IMG/VR virus record: IMGVR_UViG_3300033073_001607
Location: 2,419 to 66,418 of that record
Source: a virus
Lineage: Duplodnaviria; Caudoviricetes
Reading direction: 5' to 3' (one strand)
Length of the DNA: 64,000 nucleotides
The translations under genes and the position numbers were made by a program. How positions within the stretch are numbered: the stretch's first letter is position 1; each line of letters starts with the position of its first letter. The notes under the pieces were generated by a model. It did no database searches. It was not told the DNA's origin and was given only the letters and a program-made list of their open reading frames with translations. Shown here piece after piece: positions 1 to 9,100 of this stretch.

Positions 1-813
1 CGGTGGGAGCACGTGAACCTCGACAAGCGGGCGCCACACATCCTCTGCCAGCTCGGCTCGCCACCGAAGAGGCCTCGCAAGAACGGCAAGGTGCTCCGGA
101 TCCCGCTCTTCGGGATGGCGCTGAAGACGCTGACGGCGCTCTCGTCGAAGCTCCGGAAGGAAGAGCGGACGGGGACGATCTTCCGGTCCAAGACCGGCTG
201 CTACCGGACGAAGGGGAGGGCGGTCGAGCCGGACTCGTGGAAGGCATGGCTCGCAGAGGCCGGCATCGAGCGCAGGGTGCGCTTTCACGATCTCCGCCAC
301 ACCTGCGCCACCCTGCTCCTGAACGGCGACCTGGGCCGAAAGTGGAGCTACGAGGAGGTCAAGGAACTCCTCGGCCACTCAAGCGTGAAGGTCACCGAGC
401 GCTACGCCAAGGTCCTCGGGACGCTCGCCGAGGGCGCCGCCGCAGAGATGCGGAAGTCGACGACCAGGTCGCGCAAGAAGCTCCCAAACAAGGGCGGGAA
501 TGGAGCGGCTCCCAATGCATCGGAACGCATCCAAGCGTTGAGAATCATTGAGAGGCGCGGATCGGATTCGAACCGACGTATGACGGTTTTGCAAAGCGGG
601 GACACTCCGAATGATCCCGCGTGCTTTGACGACGTCGCGCTCCTTTGCCGCTCCATCATTGAAATCGCGGCCGATGGCGGCGACTTCGCGTGGACGAAGG
701 TGATCGAACTGGTCTCCGCTGCATGGGACCAGGCCGACCGCTCACGTCCAATGAATGCGTACGACCTCGACAGCCGATGCCCAGACCATGAGCTGCGTCG
801 CGCCGGTCGGTAG
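1..813 (+). CDS. int: Tyrosine integrase, 5'-truncated by the window edge
   Basis: Frame open from base 1 (RWEHVNLD); catalytic motifs RFHDLRH, LLGH, TERY; ORF continues 72 codons past the att core. Confidence 0.95.
   Translation, partial: RWEHVNLDKRAPHILCQLGSPPKRPRKNGKVLRIPLFGMALKTLTALSSKLRKEERTGTIFRSKTGCYRTKGRAVEPDSWKAWLAEAGIERRVRFHDLRHTCATLLLNGDLGRKWSYEEVKELLGHSSVKVTERYAKVLGTLAEGAAAEMRKSTTRSRKKLPNKGGNGAAPNASERIQALRIIERRGSDSNRRMTVLQSGDTPNDPACFDDVALLCRSIIEIAADGGDFAWTKVIELVSAAWDQADRSRPMNAYDLDSRCPDHELRRAGR
552..595 (-). tRNA. 3' half of tRNA-Cys(GCA): attP homology segment, not a complete tRNA
   Basis: Minus strand reads TTTGCAAAACCGTCATACGTCGGTTCGAATCCGATCCGCGCCTC: GCA anticodon loop, T-arm GTCGG-TTCGAAT-CCGAT, acceptor strand CCGCGCC plus U73; no matching 5' half. 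Confidence 0.88.
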
Positions 814-1089
814 CGATACGTAGACCTGTTCGGCGGTCCTGAACGCGAACCCCGTCTCACCGGCGTAGTGCTTGAGCCTCTTGGTGACGCCGCTCGTGGC
901 CGGCGGGAGGATGTGAAACCCGTTGCTGCCTGTCGGGACGGCGATGGTGTTGTCGCCCGACGCGAGCGGATAGCTCACTGGACCAGCCGCCGGGCCGTTG
1001 GTGTTCGTCATGGCCTCCGGTTCGTAGGTCTGGTCGGTACCCTCGCCGGAGCTCGTGATGGTGATCTGGGTAGTCTCAGTGATGGGCAT
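742..1089 (-). CDS. Hypothetical protein, 115 aa, Thr-rich, last gene of the late/glycosylation operon
   Basis: GGAGG RBS before ATG at 1089; overlaps the end of the upstream oxidoreductase. Confidence 0.75.
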   Translation of the reverse strand: MPITETTQITITSSGEGTDQTYEPEAMTNTNGPAAGPVSYPLASGDNTIAVPTGSNGFHILPPATSGVTKRLKHYAGETGFAFRTAEQVYVSLPTGATQLMVWASAVEVVRIHWT

Positions 1090-1999
1090 CGCGGGCCTCC
1101 TGTTGTCGGTCTTGGAGTTGTTGGGCTTGGTCGAGGAAACCGACGACGTCGGCCCCAAAACGGCCGAAGCGCCAGTCGGTGCGACCGGTGCGGACGGCCT
1201 CTGCAAACGCGCGTACGGCCAACGTCAGCGGACGCTCGGGGGAGATGTCGACGGGGTGGCCATCGACTCGGAGCTTGTGCTCGGCGAGGTCGTCGTAGTG
1301 AGCGGTTCGGTCTCCGGACTGGACCCATAGGCTCCGCGTCTTGGCGGGAGCACAGTTGCTAGCTGTGATCAGCGAAGTAACCGTCGCGGACTCGCTGGAG
1401 ATGTCCACGCCAGCACCATGGCCCTCACGACGAAATTCGCGGACCCACTTCGGCACGATCCGCTCGCCGGGCGGCACCAGCCCGAGTGTCATCGCCACAT
1501 CATGCGGGCCATAGTCCCAGAGCGCGGAGTAGTCCCGATGGGGCCCAGGACCTTCGCCGACAGACAAGATGGTCTTGCCGTTCCAGCTTGAGACGACGGC
1601 GCGGAGAGCCTCGTACGCGGGCGCGAAGATGTGCTGGTGGTTGACGAGGAGGGGGACGGCCACACTCCATGCGGCTGAGACTATGTGACCCGCTTCCTCA
1701 TCGGAGAGCGCCAGCGGCTTCTCGATCATGACGGGCCGGCCATGATGCAGCAGCGAGCAGCAGAGATACTCGCGTTCGCCTGGCGGTGAAGCCATCACGA
1801 ACGCGTCGACATCGAGCGCAAGCAGCGCTCTGGTCCCGGCCTCGACGACCTGCACGCCACTCAGGTACTGCCGCGCCTCATCCGGACACGACTTCCCAAC
1901 ACCTGCAACGTGGGTGACGACGCAGTTCCCAGCCTCGAGAGCGGCGGGGATGTACCGCCACCCCCACGCGCCGCAGCCGATGAGCGCGAGGCGGATCAT
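1076..1999 (-). CDS. Gfo/Idh/MocA-family oxidoreductase (putative NDP-sugar ketoreductase)
   Basis: IRLALIGCGAWG Rossmann motif, MIEKPLA motif, WDYGPHD; ATGA overlap with upstream gene. Confidence 0.9.
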   Translation of the reverse strand: MIRLALIGCGAWGWRYIPAALEAGNCVVTHVAGVGKSCPDEARQYLSGVQVVEAGTRALLALDVDAFVMASPPGEREYLCCSLLHHGRPVMIEKPLALSDEEAGHIVSAAWSVAVPLLVNHQHIFAPAYEALRAVVSSWNGKTILSVGEGPGPHRDYSALWDYGPHDVAMTLGLVPPGERIVPKWVREFRREGHGAGVDISSESATVTSLITASNCAPAKTRSLWVQSGDRTAHYDDLAEHKLRVDGHPVDISPERPLTLAVRAFAEAVRTGRTDWRFGRFGADVVGFLDQAQQLQDRQQEARDAHH

Positions 2000-3081
2000 G
2001 CAGCGGCGACCGATGGCTCGACGTAAGCCTTTTTCGCCCACCCAAAGAACCGCCGAAGCCCGATCTCGAGCTCGACGCGCGGCGCATAGCCGACGTGAGC
2101 GCGGATCTTCGAGATGTCCGGGCACCGACGCTGCGGCTCGTCCGCGGGGTAGCTGTCGGGGTGCTCGATGGTCTCGAAGTGGACGTCGGTGCCGGTGATG
2201 CGGCCGACCGAGATCGCCAGGTCCCGCATCGAGATCTCCGGCGTAGGGTTGCCGACGTTGTACGGCTCGCCGGCCTTGCCATCGACGAGCACCTGGAGGC
2301 ATCCGCGGATCCCATCCGTGACGTAGCAGAACGTCCGCGTCTGCTCGCCGGTGCCGTAGACGTGGAGCGGCTGGCCATCGACGACGCGAGCGGCGAAGTT
2401 CGGGAGCACGCGGTAGTCGATCTTCTGCATGCCCGGACCGTAGAAGTTGAACGGCCGGATGATCGAGCTATGGACTCCGTGCTGCTCATGCTCGACGCGC
2501 ACCATCATCTCGCCGAAGCGCTTGCTCTCGTCGTAGCAGGCGCGCGGTCCGAGACAGGCCACGTGCCCCTTGTACGCCTCGTTCGTGGGGACGTGCTTCG
2601 TGTCGGGGTCGCCGTAGATCTCGCTCGAGGAGAAGAACGCGAGCCGACAGCCGGGGTTCAGTCGCGCGATGTCGAGCACGTTCCGCGTCCCGATCGTCGC
2701 GACCTGGTACGTCTCCACCGGGTACTTCCGGTAGTAGTAGGGGCTCGCGATGCCGGCGCAGTGGAGGATGAAGTCGATCTGCCGCTCCGGCGTGAACGGC
2801 TTGATGATGTCGTGCTTCACGAATGCGACGTGAGGCCGAGGCGTGCCGTCATCGCCGTACGGTCCAGCGGTGATGAGGTTGTCGAGGACGACGAGCTCGA
2901 CGGGACGCACGCCAGCGGGCTCGAGGAACCGCGCGTTGAGCCTGACGAAGACCTCGGTGAAGTACCGTCCGAGGAACCCGCGGCCACCGGTCAGCAGCAC
3001 GCGCCGTCCGCTGAAGCGCTCCCAGAACTCGCGCGGCAGTCCGTCGATGATCTCGTCGATGTCGCTCATGAGCAGATGCAT
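1996..3081 (-). CDS. uxs: UDP-glucuronate decarboxylase (UDP-xylose synthase)-like extended SDR
   Basis: TGGRGFLG, SSSEIYGDP and GPRACYDESKR (YxxxK), RPFNFYGP, QTRTFCYVTD, DEPQRRCPDI. Confidence 0.88.
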   Translation of the reverse strand: MHLLMSDIDEIIDGLPREFWERFSGRRVLLTGGRGFLGRYFTEVFVRLNARFLEPAGVRPVELVVLDNLITAGPYGDDGTPRPHVAFVKHDIIKPFTPERQIDFILHCAGIASPYYYRKYPVETYQVATIGTRNVLDIARLNPGCRLAFFSSSEIYGDPDTKHVPTNEAYKGHVACLGPRACYDESKRFGEMMVRVEHEQHGVHSSIIRPFNFYGPGMQKIDYRVLPNFAARVVDGQPLHVYGTGEQTRTFCYVTDGIRGCLQVLVDGKAGEPYNVGNPTPEISMRDLAISVGRITGTDVHFETIEHPDSYPADEPQRRCPDISKIRAHVGYAPRVELEIGLRRFFGWAKKAYVEPSVAAA

Positions 3082-3100
3082 GGTCGTCCCTTCCCTTCAG

Positions 3101-4342
3101 TCAACGCGCTGAGTCGATGATGCGAACCGTGGGCAGCGGTACGATGCACGTGCCGCCGGCCGCTCGATACCAGGTGAGTTTGTCGATGATGCTGTCGGCG
3201 AAGTTCCACGCGAGGATGACGACGTAGTCGGGCTTCGTCTCCTCGATCGCCGAGCTCGGACGCACCGGAACGTGTCCGCCGGGGAGCCATCGGCCTTGCT
3301 TGAGCGGGCTGTCGTCGACGACGTAGTCGAGGAAGCTCTCGATGCCGAACGTCCGCAGCAGCGTCGTCGCCTTGGCTGGAGCTCCGTACCCGACGATCGA
3401 CCGGCCGGCCATCTTCGCGCCGTTGAGCAGTCGGATCAGCTCGTTGCGCCGCTCCTCGATGGTGTCTGCGAAGCGGTAGAACACACCCTCAGGGTCTCGC
3501 ATGAGGCCCATCTTTCGCTCTTCGGCGATGAGGTCCGCTGCTCCGATGGAGCACGGCAGACCCGGCGTCGGCGAGACGGTCACGCGGATGGATCCGCCGT
3601 GCGTGTCCACGCGTCGTGCATCGACGAGCGACATCCCAAGGTCCCAGAAGAACCGGACGAGTGGCTCGACCGAGTGAACCGACAGATGCTCGTGGTAGAT
3701 GTTGTCCACGAGAGTCCTCTGGAGGACATCGACGAGGTAGCCGACCTCGAAGACGAACACGCCCGCCGGGTCAAGCAGGCGCTTCACGCCACGCGCGATG
3801 CCGCGGAGGTCGTCGGCATGAGCAAAGACGTTGTTGGCCACGACGAGGCGGGCCCGGCCCTTCGCTCCGAAGATGCGGGCTGCCACGTCCTCGGTGAAGA
3901 ACTCCGGCCACGACTCGATCCCGTCGGCCGATGCAGCCGCGGCGATCTTCTCGGCCGGCTCGATGCCGAGTACCCGCGCACCGCCGTCACGCATGAAGCG
4001 GAGCATCGTCCCGTCGTTGCTCCCGATCTCGACGACGAGGTCCCCGTTGCGGACATGCTTCGCCAGCATCTCGTCGGCGTACCTGCGGAAGTGCTCGACG
4101 AAGACGTGGCTCGTGCCACTGACGTAGACGTAGTCACGGAAGAGTCGGTCTGGATCGACGACCACCGGGAGCTGCACGTGGCCGCAGTCGCGACACGCCG
4201 AGAGCCACAACGGAAACTTGTCCTGCTCCTTGCCCGGCGCGGTCGGAAACTCGTTCGCGAGCGGCGTCGGCGGAAGGTCGAGCACCTTCGTCAGGAAGGT
4301 CGAGTAGCAGAGTCGGCAGTCGTTCCGGACGTAAAAGCTCAC
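3101..4342 (-). CDS. NDP-sugar C-methyltransferase (TylC3/TcaB9-type 3-C-methyltransferase family)
   Basis: N-terminal CRLC...CRDC Zn site, EIGSNDG SAM motif, NNVFAH, IYHEH, HGGSIR, YGAPAKA, ILAWNF. Confidence 0.93.
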   Translation of the reverse strand: MSFYVRNDCRLCYSTFLTKVLDLPPTPLANEFPTAPGKEQDKFPLWLSACRDCGHVQLPVVVDPDRLFRDYVYVSGTSHVFVEHFRRYADEMLAKHVRNGDLVVEIGSNDGTMLRFMRDGGARVLGIEPAEKIAAAASADGIESWPEFFTEDVAARIFGAKGRARLVVANNVFAHADDLRGIARGVKRLLDPAGVFVFEVGYLVDVLQRTLVDNIYHEHLSVHSVEPLVRFFWDLGMSLVDARRVDTHGGSIRVTVSPTPGLPCSIGAADLIAEERKMGLMRDPEGVFYRFADTIEERRNELIRLLNGAKMAGRSIVGYGAPAKATTLLRTFGIESFLDYVVDDSPLKQGRWLPGGHVPVRPSSAIEETKPDYVVILAWNFADSIIDKLTWYRAAGGTCIVPLPTVRIIDSAR

Positions 4343-4797
4343 CGGACGTACTCGCGCACGATCTCCGGCGTCAGGAACGGCACGCGGACGACGTCCTTCT
4401 CGTGCTCCTCGTGACTGCGTACGCGCTTGGCGAACGTCAGGATCAGCGAGTCGTCAGCGAAGAGCATCGCGTGCTCGATCATCGGCGGCGTGAAGAACAT
4501 CTGCCCAGGACCGAACTCCATCGGCTTGGGGATCGACATCGCGCCGACGGGTCGCTCGAAGTAGAAGACTCGACCACTTGCCACGTACGTGTAGTGGAAG
4601 TCTTCGCGGTGGTAGTGCTGCGCTCGAACGGAGCCGCGCTTGCTCGTGATGGCAGCGATGCTCTGAATCTTCTTGAGGAGAAGGTTCTGGATGATGCCAG
4701 CTTCGTTCAAGAATGGCTCAGGCAGCGGTACCAGCGGATCGCCAGGCCAGTCCTCGTTGTCGACGCTGGTGGTGTACCACTCATGCCTAGAACTCAT
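4339..4797 (-). CDS. Cupin-fold protein (putative NDP-sugar epimerase/isomerase)
   Basis: RGSVRAQHYH...HYTYVASG and PPMIEHAM cupin motifs; ATGA-coupled. Confidence 0.8.
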   Translation of the reverse strand: MSSRHEWYTTSVDNEDWPGDPLVPLPEPFLNEAGIIQNLLLKKIQSIAAITSKRGSVRAQHYHREDFHYTYVASGRVFYFERPVGAMSIPKPMEFGPGQMFFTPPMIEHAMLFADDSLILTFAKRVRSHEEHEKDVVRVPFLTPEIVREYVR

Positions 4798-5918
4798 TCC
4801 GCAGCTCCCTTCATCGCCATGGTGTGTGCACTGACGACCCGCTCGAGTCGCTCGGCCAGCGTGTTCCAGTTGCACGACTCTGCGAGCGCTCGGCACTTGT
4901 CGACGTTCTCCGCTCGCCAGTGGGCGTCGGTGAGGCCGCGGGTGACGAGGTCAACGAACGCGTCGCGCTGAAGCCCACCCTCCGTCATCGGCGCCGCCCC
5001 ACCGTAGATGTCCCCGAGCGCGTCGATGTCGGTGATGACTGGAAGGCATCCGCTCGCGCACGCCTCCAACGTCGTGACGCTGAAGCCCTCGGTGTACCGG
5101 ATGGTGTCGCACGGGTACGCGAGCACCTGCGCGTGCTCGAACTCCTGGCGCATGCGGTCGCGCGAGACCGAGCCGACGTGCTCGACGTCCCACTTGGGAC
5201 CGGCGAGCTTGCTCATGGCGTAGCGGATGTACCGCTTGCGCTGCGCGATCTCGAGCAGGTCCGGGTGGACGTTTGGGCCTGTCGCCTCGTAGTCGTCGAA
5301 GTCGGCCGCCTGGAAGTTGTAGAAGCACCGGAGCGACGCGTGCGGGACGCAGCGCTTGATCTCCGGCCACATCTCGAGCAGCCGGTGGAGCCCGCGGTCG
5401 GCGCTCGATGCCCAGATGACCCGCCCGTCGATGCGCTTGTCCTGAGCGTATTGCGTCGGGTCGCAGCCGTTCGGCTGGACCTCCCACGCGCGGACGTTCG
5501 GCGCCTGCTTCTTGAGGAACTCGAGGTGGTGCGCCGATGGGCTCGTCACCACATCGACGTGCTCCTCCCAGCCCGGCTGGCAGTAGGCAAAGTCGTTGAG
5601 CTGCTGGTTCGCCATCCGCAGCGGTCCGGCTGGCACCTGGCGCAACAGATCGGGTTCGTTCCACGCGTAGACGACGTCGCACTCGGCGACGAGCTTCGGG
5701 TTGTCGAGCTGCCGCAGTTGGATGCCGCGCCACTCATTGGCCGTCTGCGGCTGGCCGACGAGGAGCATGACCTCGTGGCCACGCCGCTGCATCGCCTGCG
5801 CGTACTCGACGCACGAGAGCTCGGAGCCGGTGAGGCCTCGTGGCGAGGTGTAGAGGTTGTCGAAGTCGAGCGGGCGCTGGCCGAGCGAGAAGCTGCCATA
5901 TAGGAATGCGATGCGCAT
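4794..5918 (-). CDS. GT-B (GT4-like) glycosyltransferase
   Basis: GLTGSELS, WASSADRGL, YTEGFSVTTLEACASG (Ex7E motif). Confidence 0.9.
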   Translation of the reverse strand: MRIAFLYGSFSLGQRPLDFDNLYTSPRGLTGSELSCVEYAQAMQRRGHEVMLLVGQPQTANEWRGIQLRQLDNPKLVAECDVVYAWNEPDLLRQVPAGPLRMANQQLNDFAYCQPGWEEHVDVVTSPSAHHLEFLKKQAPNVRAWEVQPNGCDPTQYAQDKRIDGRVIWASSADRGLHRLLEMWPEIKRCVPHASLRCFYNFQAADFDDYEATGPNVHPDLLEIAQRKRYIRYAMSKLAGPKWDVEHVGSVSRDRMRQEFEHAQVLAYPCDTIRYTEGFSVTTLEACASGCLPVITDIDALGDIYGGAAPMTEGGLQRDAFVDLVTRGLTDAHWRAENVDKCRALAESCNWNTLAERLERVVSAHTMAMKGAAE

Positions 5919-6163
5919 CAGGTGCCTTCCTTCCGCAGGACGGCCATGTTCTCGAACGTCTCGCGACACCTGCGAAGGTCTCGACCAGAGTGATCGTTGA
6001 GCGGCAGGAGGCACTGCCTGCATGTCCCGCGATCCCGCACACGCGCTGTGCCCGTAACTTCGCTGACGTGCGGCCCATCGTGCTCAGGGGCGAGTACGCA
6101 TCGCGTGCGCTCAGGCGTTTCCCAGATGCACGTGAACGCCTTTGCCTCGTTTTGGTGATTCAT
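5918..6163 (-). CDS. Small Cys/His-rich hypothetical protein, 81 aa
   Basis: TGATG overlaps at both ends; RCVLAPEHDGPH and CRQC..H motifs. Confidence 0.6.
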   Translation of the reverse strand: MNHQNEAKAFTCIWETPERTRCVLAPEHDGPHVSEVTGTARVRDRGTCRQCLLPLNDHSGRDLRRCRETFENMAVLRKEGT

Positions 6164-9100
6164 CACGCAGCCTCCCGTGTGAAGTCGGCACGAGGCTGGT
6201 ACGGGACCAGCGGAGCGACGATGACGCGCTCGAGTTCCTCGCGCATTGCCGAGACCCAGTCCTCGGCGAGGGCGTCCAGACCAAACACGTTGCGCGCGTG
6301 CGTCGCGACCCCGTACCGCGTCGTGATCCAGTCCGTGTCAGGCACCGTCAGTGCCCGGACCACTTCATCGACGAAGGTGGCCTGATACTCCGGCGAGAGC
6401 CAGTCGCCGTCGATGCGTACGCCGTACTCGCCGACAGTCTCGTTCAGCGCAGCAATGCTGCTCGTGACGATGCGGAGCCCGGCGGCCTGAGCCTCCATGG
6501 CTGTGATGCACGACGTCTCCGAGAACCACGTCGGGTATGCCCATACGCCAGCAGACAGGAACTCGGTCGCGAGGGTCTGCTGGTCGACCTTCCCACGCAT
6601 GGTGACGCCCATCGGAGCGAGGTCGGCGATCTGCTTCTCGAGGTACGCGATGCCCTTGAGCTGGTCGGTGTCGCCGCGAGCCTGGGCCATCTTCTTCCAG
6701 TTGAAGAAGCCGTAGAAGATGTCGAGCGTCGCGTCCGGCACCCGCTTCCGGATCTCCGGCCAGACCTTCAGCAGGACAGGGAGCCCGCGGTCAGGGCTCG
6801 ACGAGTAGACGACCTTCTTCGTGTTGCGCTCGACGGGGCGGTCGAACCGCGAGAGGTCGATGCCGTTGCGCGTCTGCATGATCTGCGCGCGCGGGAGGTT
6901 GTGGTGCTTCTGGAGGAAGTCGCAGTGCCACTCGGACAGGCCGAGGACTCGATCCGCCTTCAGCAGTGACGCGTGACGACCGTTGCCGGCGAAGATGTCG
7001 TGGACCCAGAGGAACCGCGTTTTCGCGGTCACCGGCACATCGAGCAGGCTCGCGTCACGCCATGCAATGAGCACATCGCAGGATCCAGCGAGCGACAGGT
7101 GAGCGCTCTGGCGGTACTCGACGCCGTCGAAGATGCCCTCGCCCCACTTCCCGGTGCTCGTGTAGACGCGGACGCGGTGCCCGAGGAGCGACAGCCGTTT
7201 CGCGAGCTCGACCACCATCGTCTCGGAGCCGCCGATGCCCTTGGTCTTGTGGACCAGCGGGTTCCAGTCCTGCCACGCGTCGCCGCACGCGAAGACGATG
7301 TCGAGCGAGCCTTCGCTGCACTTCGGCGCTTCGAGCCGCGCCTCGCAGTAGACGTTGCCCTGACCAGGAACGTCCTGGTGGCTCGCGCTCTCGACGATGT
7401 AGCTATCCTTGACCCACCAGCCATCCTCGCGGAAGTGACCGGCGACGCTCCACACCGTCGGCGCGATGAGGTGGGCGTGCGGTAGCGGCGCGTTCCAAGG
7501 CTGGTTCTCCTCGTCAGCCCATCGCCACGGGTGGGCCCACGGGATGAACTGGCCGCGCATCCACGAGCCGTGCGGGGTCACCAAGACCATCCGCCCGCCA
7601 GCCTTCAGAGCTCGACGAGCCGGCGCGATGATGTCGCGAACGTGGTCTTTGACGTGCTCGTAGGTGTCGCAGCTCGTGACGACGTCGAAGGTCTCGCCGC
7701 CGAGGTCGACCTCGCTGAACTTGCCGACGTGGAAGCGGCAGCCGGTCTTGAACTCCTCGGCCTTGCGACGCGCGAGAGCGACCGACGACTCGCAGAGGTC
7801 GACGCCCGTGACGTTGTAGCCTTGGAGGCCCCAGCGGTTGATGATGCTCCCGTCGGAACAGCCGAAGTCGAGGACCTTGTCGGTCTTCTTCAGCGTTGCG
7901 ATCGTGAGGTCGGAGCGGTCGAGGAGCTGACCGTTGAGCGGGAGCGGGAGCGGCACGCCGGTCTCCACTGTCGGATCGGCCGGCGCGTTGAACTGCTGCG
8001 TCGTCTCCGGTGCGTCCATCCACGCGGTCATCTGACGCGTTCGCGCGAGAGCTCGCTCGATGACCGGCGAATGGCGAGCGCGGTACGGTGCGTTCGCGAG
8101 GAACGTCTCAGCCGCGAGGATCTCGTCATGGAGGACGTACTCTTTCCAGAGCATGATCGTCGCCGCCTCGACCTGGGCGTCGGTCAGAACGACGGGGAGA
8201 TCCTCGATGTCGGTGGCCTCAGGAATCGCGAACGCTCGGGCGTGCGGAGACCGGCGCGCGATCGGGAAGTGCTCCGGCTTCACCCCTCGCGGATACTCCT
8301 CCGGCCGCGAGTAACGCGCCCAGCCCTCGCTCGGCCCGTCGGCGCCGCCGAACTCTGCGAGCGCGACAGCGACCGATTCCGGTGGCGCATCGGTGGCCGC
8401 GGCGAGTCTGGAGAGCGCTGCCTTCGCCTCGTCTCGCGCGATAATGCGCTCGAATACCTTCCGGTTGTAGACGAGGTTCGCGTCGTTCGGTGACTGCTTG
8501 AGCGCGGTCTCGGCATGCTCGAGCGCCCGGCGTGCGTCGCCGAGCTGCGAATAGGCCATCGTCAGATAGACATGGATGTCGAGGTCACGCTCGAGCGGGT
8601 TGACGAAGAGCATCGTCTTCGTCGGCGGCAGCGACAGGCCGACGCGCCCGAAGTGCGCGCACTTCTGCCAGTTTCGCCGCGTGTCCGTACCCGCGACCGC
8701 GAGCTGGTAGAAGCCTCGAGCGGCCGCGAAGTAGCACTCACCCCAGTCCTCGCGGACCTCGATCGCGCGGAATGACCAGACAATCCCCTCCTGGATGCGT
8801 CCGCGGCCGTAGGCGATCTCGGCGAGCTTGAGCGCCGCCATCGTCTTCTCGTGGTCCCAGCCCGAGATCCCGACGTATCGCGACAGCCACTCGACGGCCT
8901 TGTCGGGCTGGTTGTTGTTCGCGTACTCGAGACCCAGGTAGTAGAACTGTCGGGCGTCCTTCGAGCCGTCCTGCTCGACCATCTTCTGCAAGATGCGAAG
9001 GTTTCGCCCGGCCTCTTGGGGCTTCTTGCTCCGCTGGCGATGGTGCTCGACGACGACGTCATCGCACGGGACGATCGCGAGGGTGCCCGGATCGGTGGGG

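Noticed and set aside
552-625. Complete tRNA-Cys gene
   Set aside because: Sequence 5' of the anticodon loop cannot pair with the anticodon or acceptor stems and there is no D-arm; only the 3' half is present
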